Assembly: GCA_965601925.1 (NCBI GenBank)
Contig: OZ271854.1
Coordinates: forward strand, 2,816,001 to 2,880,000
Source: Alkalispirochaeta sp.
GTDB lineage: Bacteria > Spirochaetota > Spirochaetia > DSM-27196 > Alkalispirochaetaceae
Direction: 5' to 3'
DNA length: 64,000 nt
Part shown: one piece after another, positions 28,853-40,272 of the stretch
Position numbering within the stretch: position 1 is the first letter of the stretch
Layout: every line of letters begins with the position of its first letter
The notes under the pieces: model-generated
The model's database searches: none
What the model was told of the DNA's origin: nothing
What the model saw: only the letters and a program-made list of their open reading frames with translations
Program-made: the position numbers and the translations under genes

Positions 28853-30355
28853 TCATCCGTCGTATAACTCGAGAACCTCTTCCGCTGTCAGAGCACCGGC
28901 AAAGACGCGGACGTCGTCGACAAGGCCGGGAAAGAAGCGGTCCGGACCGTCCTCGTCGTTGCGCGCCCCCACCATCAGCCGGCTGTAGGTCGTCGGTAAC
29001 CCCGACGACGCGTCGGTCGCCCGCCGGCCGTCGACGTACATCAGGTACGTATCGCCCTCTCTGACCCATACGGCGTGGTGCCATCGCCCATCGTTAACCA
29101 GAGGCTCGGCGTACGCCTCCATGTCGGGGCCCCCGCTGTTGTCGAAGCCGACGCGTCCCCCGCTGGTCCTGATTTGGAATCCGACGCTCTCCGGGACGGC
29201 GAGGTCGACGATGCGTACGTTCGGCTCCCCCGTAAACTGAAACCACGCCGAGATTGAGGTGTCGCCGTCCAACGGAATGCTCAGGTCGTCGTCGGTCCAC
29301 GTATACTGGAGAAAACCGTCTAGGGCGAGGGCGGTACCGAAGCGGCCGGCGGTCAACTCCGCCTCCGCGTTGAGCGTGCCGTCGTTGCCGTTACCGCTGA
29401 CGTCGGAGACCGTCAACCCGTCGATATCGGTCTCGTCGAATGTCCAATGGAGAACGAGCTCCCTCTCCCGCGCCGTCGCGATCGTCGCCGGTAGCGGCAT
29501 CTCACCCTCGCGTTCCGCGATCCAACGGTAATCCGCCGACGGCTCGACATCCCAGAAGACGATGGAATCGAAGAAGAGCCGCGCCGGTTCGGCGATGCTG
29601 TTGCGATAGATGCCGAAGCGCGGTTGGGTGTCGACAAATCCCTTACCGAATGTCGCGTATCCCAGGCCCCCGACCCACTCGAACGCCCGTATTCCGTTGA
29701 TCCACGCCGTCACAAATCCGGTCTCGGGGTCGTGGCTCGGCAACATGTGTACTTGAATCGTGTGCCACTCGTCGTACGGTACGGTAAACTGGCGACGCAT
29801 CGGTTTGTCGTGGGAGCAGTCGACGCTGTAGGTGACGCGGATGACGATGACGGCGTACTCGTCGGCGCCGCGCACCTCCACGGCAAAGAAGGGACTCGCC
29901 AAGGGGCACGCCTCGCCGTCGACGGCGGTCGTGTTCTCTTTGATTTGGTGAATCACCGCCCGATTGTCGGCCCTGGGATAGCTGGAAGGGATAAAGACCG
30001 AGAAGGTGTACCAAACTTCCTCGTCGAAGCGCACGATCTCTTGTTGCGACTCGATCTCCGCTCGCTCCGTGGCGTCGCCGCTCCGGCCGACGAGGGCGTG
30101 ATCGCCGGAACGGACGAGGACCATCGCGGCGTTGTCCCCGTCGATCGCGCCGACATCGTCTCGGACGGCAAAGCGATACGCGACGCTCTCGTCGCTTGGG
30201 CGCCACACGTCGAAGTCGAGCTCCTCCTCAAAGGACTCCTCGAATACGGCGGGAACGACCGGCCCCTCCGGATCGGAACATCCCGCCAACATCGCACCGC
30301 TTACGGCGGCCAGAACCATCAGTATCCGCAAACGGTATACACGCGTATCCTTCAT
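28853..30355 (-). CDS. Lipoprotein with a polysaccharide-lyase-like jelly-roll and a C-terminal LamG domain
   Basis: LAGC lipobox; RAEIE..WYTFSVFIP..IHQIK..WH..WING..FGIYR; LamG motifs HWTFDE, DGRWHH, YVDG and VDDVRVF. Confidence 0.78.
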   Translation of the reverse strand: MKDTRVYRLRILMVLAAVSGAMLAGCSDPEGPVVPAVFEESFEEELDFDVWRPSDESVAYRFAVRDDVGAIDGDNAAMVLVRSGDHALVGRSGDATERAEIESQQEIVRFDEEVWYTFSVFIPSSYPRADNRAVIHQIKENTTAVDGEACPLASPFFAVEVRGADEYAVIVIRVTYSVDCSHDKPMRRQFTVPYDEWHTIQVHMLPSHDPETGFVTAWINGIRAFEWVGGLGYATFGKGFVDTQPRFGIYRNSIAEPARLFFDSIVFWDVEPSADYRWIAEREGEMPLPATIATARERELVLHWTFDETDIDGLTVSDVSGNGNDGTLNAEAELTAGRFGTALALDGFLQYTWTDDDLSIPLDGDTSISAWFQFTGEPNVRIVDLAVPESVGFQIRTSGGRVGFDNSGGPDMEAYAEPLVNDGRWHHAVWVREGDTYLMYVDGRRATDASSGLPTTYSRLMVGARNDEDGPDRFFPGLVDDVRVFAGALTAEEVLELYDG

Positions 30356-30439
30356 CGCCGGCCCTTCCTTCATCATGTTGTAGATGTAGGTGCAGCCTAC
30401 CGGCGCGCGGCGATACGGTCAAAAAGTCTTTTTGTGAAA

Positions 30440-30458
30440 GTGTATGATTATCATCATC
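30440..30458 (-). promoter_or_regulatory. Fur-box-like site overlapping a TACACT -10 box
   Basis: Minus strand GATGATGATAATCATACAC, 15/19 match to GATAATGATAATCATTATC. Confidence 0.4.
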
Positions 30459-30508
30459 ACTTATCGTATCCGGGCTGCACATTGTGGATTTGCCCGCTCG
30501 TTTCGACG

Positions 30509-31507
30509 TTACACCCCGAGGCTCGCCTTCGCCTCGCGTATCAGTTGATTCGAGTAACCCCACTCGTTGTCGTACCAGGCAAAGACTTTTACCAGGTCGC
30601 CGTCGACAACCTGCGTCAGGGTCAGATCGACGATACTTGCGTGCGAATCCCCGACGATATCCGATGAGACGATCTCATCGTCGGAGGCGGCGAGTACGTC
30701 TCGGTAGCGATCGCTCGAAGCCTCCTCGCGAAACACCGCATTGATCTCATCGACCGATGTTCGCCGAGAGGTAACGAAGGTCAGATCCGAGATGGACCCG
30801 ACCGGAATAGGGACGCGCAACGCCCGCCCGTCGAACTTGCCGGCGTACTGGGGAAGCACCTTCGTCGTCGCGATCGCCGCGCCGGTCGTGAAGGGGACGA
30901 TGTTTTGCGCCGCGGCCCGGCCCGCGCGCCTCTTTCTGGCCGGAAGGTCCACGATACTTTGGCTCGCGGTATAGGCGTGGACCGTCGTGAGAACCGCCTT
31001 CTCGATCCCTATGCGCCGTCCCATGACTTCGACGACCGGAGTGATACTGTTGGTGGTACAGCTGGCGCAGGAGAAGATACGCATCTCCGGAGCCTCGGGA
31101 TGCGCGACGCCGTAGACGGCCGTCGCAAGCTCCGGACTCTTCGTCGGTGCGGAGATGACGACTCGTTTGGCTCCACCGATAAGGTGCGCTTTGGCCTTGT
31201 CCATGTCCGTGAAAAGGCCGGTGCTCTCCACTACCAGATCGATGTCCAGGTCCTTCCAAGGAAGCTTGGCCGGGTCCCGTTCGCCGAGCACTTGGATGCG
31301 CGCGTCGTTTACGAGCAACGCACCACCCTCGTGCTCCACCCGGTGTTTGTAGCGTCCGTATACCGTATCGAAGTTGAGAAGATAGGCGAGACTATCCGCC
31401 GGTAAGAGGTCGTTCACCGCTACGAGCTCCAACTCGGGCTCGTCCAGGATCAGCTTGAAGACGGCGCGACCGATGCGTCCCAGTCCGTTTATTGCAAGTC
31501 GTTTCAC
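30509..31507 (-). CDS. gap: Type I glyceraldehyde-3-phosphate dehydrogenase
   Basis: INGLGRIGR, ASCTTN, TTGAA and WYDNEWGY; GAGGAGG RBS before GTG 31507. Confidence 0.93.
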   Translation of the reverse strand: MKRLAINGLGRIGRAVFKLILDEPELELVAVNDLLPADSLAYLLNFDTVYGRYKHRVEHEGGALLVNDARIQVLGERDPAKLPWKDLDIDLVVESTGLFTDMDKAKAHLIGGAKRVVISAPTKSPELATAVYGVAHPEAPEMRIFSCASCTTNSITPVVEVMGRRIGIEKAVLTTVHAYTASQSIVDLPARKRRAGRAAAQNIVPFTTGAAIATTKVLPQYAGKFDGRALRVPIPVGSISDLTFVTSRRTSVDEINAVFREEASSDRYRDVLAASDDEIVSSDIVGDSHASIVDLTLTQVVDGDLVKVFAWYDNEWGYSNQLIREAKASLGV

Positions 31508-31637
31508 GATATCCTCCTCGTATCGTTGCATCGATGTGACTGTAGATACAAGGTACTGATTCGCCGTCGCGACGGGTGTGCCGAACCCTTCCGTGGATGT
31601 CGTTGCGACGTCGGGACGATCGTGGTAGCGTCATATC

Positions 31638-34097
31638 ATCGGCGACCAACAGACCGCTACCGGTCCGACGAGAGGATACATCGTCCATTCATTTGCCCTC
31701 GCGACGGGCGAAGGCAACGCTCGCGTATGTCTGATCGGCCGTATGGAGGATGGCGCAACCTTTGCGATCATAGATACGCGCCATAACGCCGCATTCTACG
31801 TGAGAGACTCCGAACTGTCCGGAGCGTTGGATCGGTTGCGCCCGTTACAACTCGGTCGAACCGTCACGCCGCGACCGATGAGGACGATGGACGGCGAGAG
31901 CGTAACGCGGCTCGAGTTTGCAAATCAGTCCCGCCAAGCGCGGGCCGACGAGGCGCTGCGTAGTACGGGAGTGCGTACCTACGAGGCCGACCTCTCATTG
32001 AGCGATGCGTATCTCGCGGACCGCGGTATCCGCGGCAGCTTAACCGTCTCCGGTTCCTGGGAGTGTGGTACCTTCGTCGATCGCGTGTATATCGATCCCG
32101 ACGTCGAGCCCGCCGAGTGGGTGCCGGCGCTTACCGTGCTCTCCATCGATATCGAGACCGAGCTTCCCGGTGATCGCGTGTTGGCGATCGGACTTACCTG
32201 GTTCGGCGACGGCGATCGGCGGAACCGCGAGGTGCTCCTCCTCGGCCCCGACTGCGGCGAGGAGTGGATAACCGCCTTCGACGAGGAGAGGCCGCTGCTC
32301 GAAGCGTTTGTAGAACGCATTCGTGCCGTCGATCCCGATATCATTACCGGCTGGAACGTTATCGACTTCGATTTTCGCGTACTCTTCGATTCAATGCGCC
32401 GCGCGGGAGTACGAGCGGATTTCGCCCGATCACGGAAAGAGGCGGCGTACCTTACCGGTGAGTCCGGCTCGGCGGGCCGGAACGCCGACGTATCGATCAC
32501 CGGGCGTCAAGTGATCGACGGCTTGCGGCTCGTGCGCTACGGTCCCGAACGATTCGACGACCGCCGGCTGGAGAGCGTTGCTCGTCGCGTACTCGGCTAC
32601 GGCAAGGAGGTCAGTGAGGAGACGAGCGACGAGAAGATCGCCGAGCTCCGTAGACTGTACCGGACCGATCCGGTCAAGTTCGCCTCCTATTGTCTCACCG
32701 ATGCCGAGCTGGTGTTGGATATCCTGCGGGAGACGGGGCTCCTGACGCTGACGGTCATGCGAACGCTCCTTACCGGAGCCTCCCTTAACAAGGCGTGGAC
32801 CAGCATTCACACGTTCGAGCTCCTCTATATCGAGGCGATGCACCGCGAGGGGTTGGTCGCTCCGACTACCGGCGTCGACGCCCTACCGCTCGGCGAAGCG
32901 CCGGGAGGCGCCATTCTCACGCCGCACCCCGGACTGTTTCGGAACGTCCTCCTCTTCGACTTCAAGAGCCTCTATCCATCCGTCATTTTGACCTTCAATA
33001 TCGATCCGGTGAGCCTCGCTCAGCCGGTGGAAGGCGACGAGGAACGCTACATCGAAAGTCCGAGAGGGGGATTCTTTCGGTACGAGACGGGGATCCTTCC
33101 GCGCCTGTTGGAACGTTTCTTTCGCGAGCGCGCCGAGGCCAAGGAGCGCGGCGACACGATCGCGTCGTACGTCTACAAGATCATCATGAACTCCTTTTAC
33201 GGCGTGCTCGGCGCGCGGGGGTGCCGATTCGCCGGGAGCGTCCTCGCCGGTTCCATTACCGCCTTCGGCCAGAACATATTGCATTGGTGTCGCGACCGAC
33301 TCCGAGACGACGGTTATACCGTCCTGTACGGAGATACCGACAGCCTCTTCGTCCTCGCCCCGGACGGCGATACGGCGTCCCGGTCCGATGAAGCGGTACC
33401 GCCTGAGGCGTCTTCGGACGATCTCTACGCGTTGGGTGATCGAATCGCCGAGCGCTTGAACGGGGCCGTTGCCGAGTACGTCGAGAGGACCTACGACCGG
33501 CGCTCGCGGCTGGAGCTGGAGTTCGAGAAGGTCTACCGACGCTTTTTCCTCCCGAGTCTCAGGAGCGTGGGTGAGGAGGGCGAGGCGCGAGGACGCGCCA
33601 AGGGATATGCCGGCCTCGCGGTCGGTCGCGACGGTGAGGAGACGATTGAAGTAAAGGGTATGGAGGCCGCCCGGAGCGATTGGACCGCGCTGGCCCACGA
33701 ATTTCAGCGCGCCCTTCTGGATCTTATCTTTCACGGTCGTCCGTCGGAGGAGATCGCTGCATATGTGCGATCGTTGGCGCGGAGTCTGCGCGCCGGCGAG
33801 CTCGACGCGAAGTTACAGTACGCGAAACGGCTGCGAAAACCGGTTGCGCGATATACGCGTTCCAGACCGCCGCACGTCAAGGCGGCGTCGCTGCTACCGC
33901 CGGAGAAGCAGGAGGGTACCATTCGCTACTACATCACCGAGGCGGGGCCCCGACCGGAGGGGCTTCTCGAGGCTCCCCTCGACTACGAGCATTACGTCGA
34001 CAAGCAACTCAAACCGATCGCCGGCGCCTTCTCTTCATCCTTGGGGTTCGACCTCGCCTCCGTCTTGGACAAGCAGCAACAACTCTCGCTCTTCTGA
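31638..34097 (+). CDS. polB: DNA polymerase II (family B); start uncertain (first ATG 31743, frame open from 31629)
   Basis: DIET, GWN, DFKSLYPS, KIIMNSFYG, YGDTDS and C-terminal QLSLF clamp motif. Confidence 0.9.
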   Translation: MGDQQTATGPTRGYIVHSFALATGEGNARVCLIGRMEDGATFAIIDTRHNAAFYVRDSELSGALDRLRPLQLGRTVTPRPMRTMDGESVTRLEFANQSRQARADEALRSTGVRTYEADLSLSDAYLADRGIRGSLTVSGSWECGTFVDRVYIDPDVEPAEWVPALTVLSIDIETELPGDRVLAIGLTWFGDGDRRNREVLLLGPDCGEEWITAFDEERPLLEAFVERIRAVDPDIITGWNVIDFDFRVLFDSMRRAGVRADFARSRKEAAYLTGESGSAGRNADVSITGRQVIDGLRLVRYGPERFDDRRLESVARRVLGYGKEVSEETSDEKIAELRRLYRTDPVKFASYCLTDAELVLDILRETGLLTLTVMRTLLTGASLNKAWTSIHTFELLYIEAMHREGLVAPTTGVDALPLGEAPGGAILTPHPGLFRNVLLFDFKSLYPSVILTFNIDPVSLAQPVEGDEERYIESPRGGFFRYETGILPRLLERFFRERAEAKERGDTIASYVYKIIMNSFYGVLGARGCRFAGSVLAGSITAFGQNILHWCRDRLRDDGYTVLYGDTDSLFVLAPDGDTASRSDEAVPPEASSDDLYALGDRIAERLNGAVAEYVERTYDRRSRLELEFEKVYRRFFLPSLRSVGEEGEARGRAKGYAGLAVGRDGEETIEVKGMEAARSDWTALAHEFQRALLDLIFHGRPSEEIAAYVRSLARSLRAGELDAKLQYAKRLRKPVARYTRSRPPHVKAASLLPPEKQEGTIRYYITEAGPRPEGLLEAPLDYEHYVDKQLKPIAGAFSSSLGFDLASVLDKQQQLSLF

Positions 34098-34220
34098 GTC
34101 CATTCCAGTCGATGCGAGACGGGGCGCACTCCCGGGCGCAGAACGCGTGCGCTCGTCCGACGTGAGCACGCCGCGGATGTTTGCGCACTCTTCGAACCGT
34201 GCATTACACTCGTCGATAGG

Positions 34221-36101
34221 ATGCAATTAATGAAGTCGCTTACGGTTAAGATTGTAGCTATCCCTATGTCGATGCTTTTGATTATCGTTGTGGCGTCATA
34301 TGTGGCCCTTATCCCCTATATCCAAGACGGGTTGACCGATTCTCGCAAGCAAGCGCTGGAGTTTCTCACCAGCACTGCCTACGGTCTCATCGAGTACCAC
34401 GCCGCATTGGCGGAGTCCGGTGAACTGACCGTAGCGCACGCGCAGGAGCAAGCGGCCGAGTTGTTACGTGCGTTGCGCTACGGAAACGACGACTACTTTT
34501 GGATCAACGATACGTCCAGACCCTATCCCGTCATGATTATGCACGCGCTATCACCGCATCTGGAGGGGCAGGTATTGGACGACGAGGTCTTTAATCGTGC
34601 GTGGTACTCGCAACCCTTGGGCGTGACGGAGCGGAATCGGTATCAAGACAGAGATCAAAACCTATTCGCCGCCATGGTCGACGTCGTAGAGACGAACGGC
34701 GTCGGATTCGTCGGTTACGAATGGCCGAAACCGCTTGAAGGAGGGGGCGTTACCGACTTCCTCGTCCCCAAAGAGTCGCTCGTTCATCTGTTCGAGCCGT
34801 GGGGCTGGATCGTCGGCACCGGCGTATACGTCGACGACATCGAGGAGCGCACGTCTCTGGTGGGCCGGACGATGAGCGGTGTGTTGGGAGGGATCGCGGT
34901 AACCATGGTTCTCTTGTCGATTTTTCTGGCACAGATCATCACCAAACCGATCCGCGGCGCAACCGCGCAGTTGAGGGTGGTCGCCTCCGGGGGCGGCGAT
35001 TTGACGGGCCGTCTGCCGGTACGGAGCAAAGACGAGGTGGGAGAACTCGCCGATAGTTTTAACGAATTTGCCGACGGATTGTGCGGACTCATCGGCGGCA
35101 TCCGAGGCGCCACCGAGCATCTCACCGGAATCGGAAACGATCTCTCGACCAACATGGAAGAGACATCCTCGGCGATTCACCAAATCATAGCCAACATCAC
35201 CGAGATAAAGAAACAGAGCACTCGACAGAATACGAGTGTGGGGAAAGTCTCGGAGACGCTCTCGGAGGTCGATCGCGCGATCAGCGAGTTGAAGGATCGC
35301 ATGACCGAGCAGGCGGCATCGGTAGAGCAGTCCGCCGCCGCGGTGGAGCAAATGGTTGCGAGCATTCGAAGCGTATCACATCGCTTGGAGACCAACACCG
35401 AAGAGATCGAGCATCTGATTCGCGCCTCCGACGAGGGGAAGCGGAAGCTCGGGCAGGTCGCGGAGCTGATTACCACGATCGACGAGATGTCTCAGGGATT
35501 GTTGACCATAAACGACACGATCAAGACGGTGAGCGCCCGCACCAATCTATTGGCGATGAATGCGTCGATCGAAGCGGCGCACGCCGGCGAATTCGGTATC
35601 GGGTTTGCCGTCGTCGCCGAGGAGATTCGTCGCCTATCGGAACAGAGCGCCAAACAGTCGCGTGAAAGCAACGAGGTCGTGAGCTCGATGAAAAACGCGA
35701 TCGACTCGGTCTCGGAGGCGTCGGGCGACTCGGAACGGGCGTTCAAAAAGGTGGTAGTTCGCATCAACGAGATCGCCGACAAGGAGCGCGAGATTCGCGA
35801 CGCGATGGAGGAGCAGACGACCGGCAGCACGGAGGTGCTCGATGCGTTGCAGCGCATGAAGTCGATCACCGGAATCCTCCGCGACGAGTCGGAGCGTGTG
35901 AAGCAGAGTAAGAACCGAATCGCCGATGAGGTTCTACAGCTGGTGGAAATGAGTCAACAAGTCTCACAGAGCATGGAGGAGATCAACGTCGGCAGCAGCG
36001 AGATCAACAGTGCCGTGACGCATGTCGCCGAGATCAGCGTGTCCAACAAGGATAATATCAACGCGGTACGCGGGCTGGTCGACCGGTTCAAGATCGAGTA
36101 G
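34221..36101 (+). CDS. Methyl-accepting chemotaxis protein (Cache, HAMP and signalling domains)
   Basis: Two TM helices; RYGNDDYFWIND Cache; DEVGELA HAMP; TNLLAMNASIEAAHAGE..GFAVVAEEIRRLSE. Confidence 0.95.
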   Translation: MQLMKSLTVKIVAIPMSMLLIIVVASYVALIPYIQDGLTDSRKQALEFLTSTAYGLIEYHAALAESGELTVAHAQEQAAELLRALRYGNDDYFWINDTSRPYPVMIMHALSPHLEGQVLDDEVFNRAWYSQPLGVTERNRYQDRDQNLFAAMVDVVETNGVGFVGYEWPKPLEGGGVTDFLVPKESLVHLFEPWGWIVGTGVYVDDIEERTSLVGRTMSGVLGGIAVTMVLLSIFLAQIITKPIRGATAQLRVVASGGGDLTGRLPVRSKDEVGELADSFNEFADGLCGLIGGIRGATEHLTGIGNDLSTNMEETSSAIHQIIANITEIKKQSTRQNTSVGKVSETLSEVDRAISELKDRMTEQAASVEQSAAAVEQMVASIRSVSHRLETNTEEIEHLIRASDEGKRKLGQVAELITTIDEMSQGLLTINDTIKTVSARTNLLAMNASIEAAHAGEFGIGFAVVAEEIRRLSEQSAKQSRESNEVVSSMKNAIDSVSEASGDSERAFKKVVVRINEIADKEREIRDAMEEQTTGSTEVLDALQRMKSITGILRDESERVKQSKNRIADEVLQLVEMSQQVSQSMEEINVGSSEINSAVTHVAEISVSNKDNINAVRGLVDRFKIE

Positions 36102-36141
36102 AGCGTCCGTTCCGTCGCCGGTACCCTCGCGGCGATACGCG

Positions 36142-38744
<2,603 letters not shown>

Positions 38745-38767
38745 GTTTCCGTCTACAATTGTGCCGT

Positions 38768-40264
38768 ATGAACGAAGTTATAGCAAACCTACAGCCTGAG
38801 GCGGTATGGCGCCATTTTAGCGCCCTCACCGCCATTCCTCGATGTTCCAAGAATGAGGAGGGCGTCCGCAATTATGTAATCAAGTGCGCCGAGGCGGTCG
38901 GTCTCACGTATCGAACCGATGCGGCCGGCAATGTCGTCGTCGTGCGCCCCAGCGCGGACCCTTCGCGCTCCGGCGCGGACCCTTCGCGCCCCGGCGCGGA
39001 CCCCTCGCGCTCCACCGTAGTCATTCAGGGCCATCTGGATATGGTGTGCGAGAAAAACATGGGGGTCGAGCACGACTTCGAGCGCGATCCCATTCACCTC
39101 ATGCTCGACGGCGAATGGCTTCGTGCTCGGGACACCACTTTGGGAGCCGACAACGGTATCGCGGTGGCGATGATGCTCGCCGTCTTGGAGCTCGACGACG
39201 ATCGTCTTCCGACGGTGGAGTGCCTTTTCACGGTCGACGAGGAGACCGGGCTCGTGGGAGCCCTCGGGTTGGACCCGTCTCTCATTACCGGACGCGTGCT
39301 CATCAATCTCGATTCCGAGGAAGAGGGTTTCTTCTGCATCGGATGCGCCGGCGGCCTCAACACGTACGCTACCGTGCCGCTGGTGTGGGAGGATCGATCG
39401 GCGGGCCCGGACGTCGTCGGTGCGCGGGTGACGCTCACCGGGTTGCAGGGCGGTCATTCGGGGGTGAATATTCACGAGGAGCGCGGTAACAGTATCGTTC
39501 TCGGTGCGCGTCTCCTGCATCGCATCCTGCAGGAGATCCCCGGCGTCGCGGTGTCCGATCTCTCGGGCGGTAATAAACACAACGCGATACCGAGGGAGCT
39601 GAGCATCGAGGTAGTCGTCGCCTCCGCCGAGGTTGAACGCCTCACCGCCGCGTGTCGCGCAATGGAGGCCGAGTTCGTCGCGGAGTTCGGAGCGCGCGAG
39701 CCGTCCTTGGCGGTTGCGGTCGAGACGATCGAGCCGAGTGGGCGCACGATCGCCCCGACTTCGGCGCGCAAAGTCGCCGATCTCCTGGTGGCCCTCGCCG
39801 ACGGGGTGTTCGGTATGAGCCACGACGTGGACGATCTGGTAGAGACGTCCAACAACGTAGCGGCGGTGGCGATTCGCGACGGCGATCTATCGATTCTCAC
39901 CAGCCAACGCTCCTCACGATCGAGCCTTATCGACTGGGCGTCGGAGCGTGTGTCGGCCGCGGTCAGGCTCGCCGGCGGCACGACTCGTTGCGCGGAGCGA
40001 TATCCGGCCTGGACACCGAGTCCCTCGAGCCCGCTCCTGAAGACGGCGCAGGAAGTCTATCGACGTATCGCGAGTAAAGAGGCCCAGGTGATTGCGATAC
40101 ACGCCGGGTTGGAGTGCGGCGTCATCGGAGACAAGTTGGGAGATATGGACATGATCTCCTTCGGTCCCGATATGGTCGGCGTGCATACGCCCGAGGAGCG
40201 CCTCGACGTGGGATCGACCGCACGCACGTGGGACCTCCTTTTGGAGCTATTGCGGGCACTGTAG
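38768..40264 (+). CDS. pepD: Aminoacyl-histidine dipeptidase (M20C)
   Basis: QGHLDMVCEK, TLGADNG, DEE, NLDSEE, GGHSG, HAGLECG and HTPEE. Confidence 0.93.
   Translation: MNEVIANLQPEAVWRHFSALTAIPRCSKNEEGVRNYVIKCAEAVGLTYRTDAAGNVVVVRPSADPSRSGADPSRPGADPSRSTVVIQGHLDMVCEKNMGVEHDFERDPIHLMLDGEWLRARDTTLGADNGIAVAMMLAVLELDDDRLPTVECLFTVDEETGLVGALGLDPSLITGRVLINLDSEEEGFFCIGCAGGLNTYATVPLVWEDRSAGPDVVGARVTLTGLQGGHSGVNIHEERGNSIVLGARLLHRILQEIPGVAVSDLSGGNKHNAIPRELSIEVVVASAEVERLTAACRAMEAEFVAEFGAREPSLAVAVETIEPSGRTIAPTSARKVADLLVALADGVFGMSHDVDDLVETSNNVAAVAIRDGDLSILTSQRSSRSSLIDWASERVSAAVRLAGGTTRCAERYPAWTPSPSSPLLKTAQEVYRRIASKEAQVIAIHAGLECGVIGDKLGDMDMISFGPDMVGVHTPEERLDVGSTARTWDLLLELLRAL
38952..39013 (+). repeat. In-frame 21-bp tandem repeat (3 copies) in pepD
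   Basis: GCGCGGACCCTTCGCGCTCCG-like units encoding [SG]ADPSR[SP]. Confidence 0.9.
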
Positions 40265-40272
40265 GAGCGTCG

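Noticed and set aside
31638..34097. Phage or casposon-type PolB
   Set aside because: Cellular Pol II features with a clamp motif; housekeeping neighbours; no phage or integrase genes
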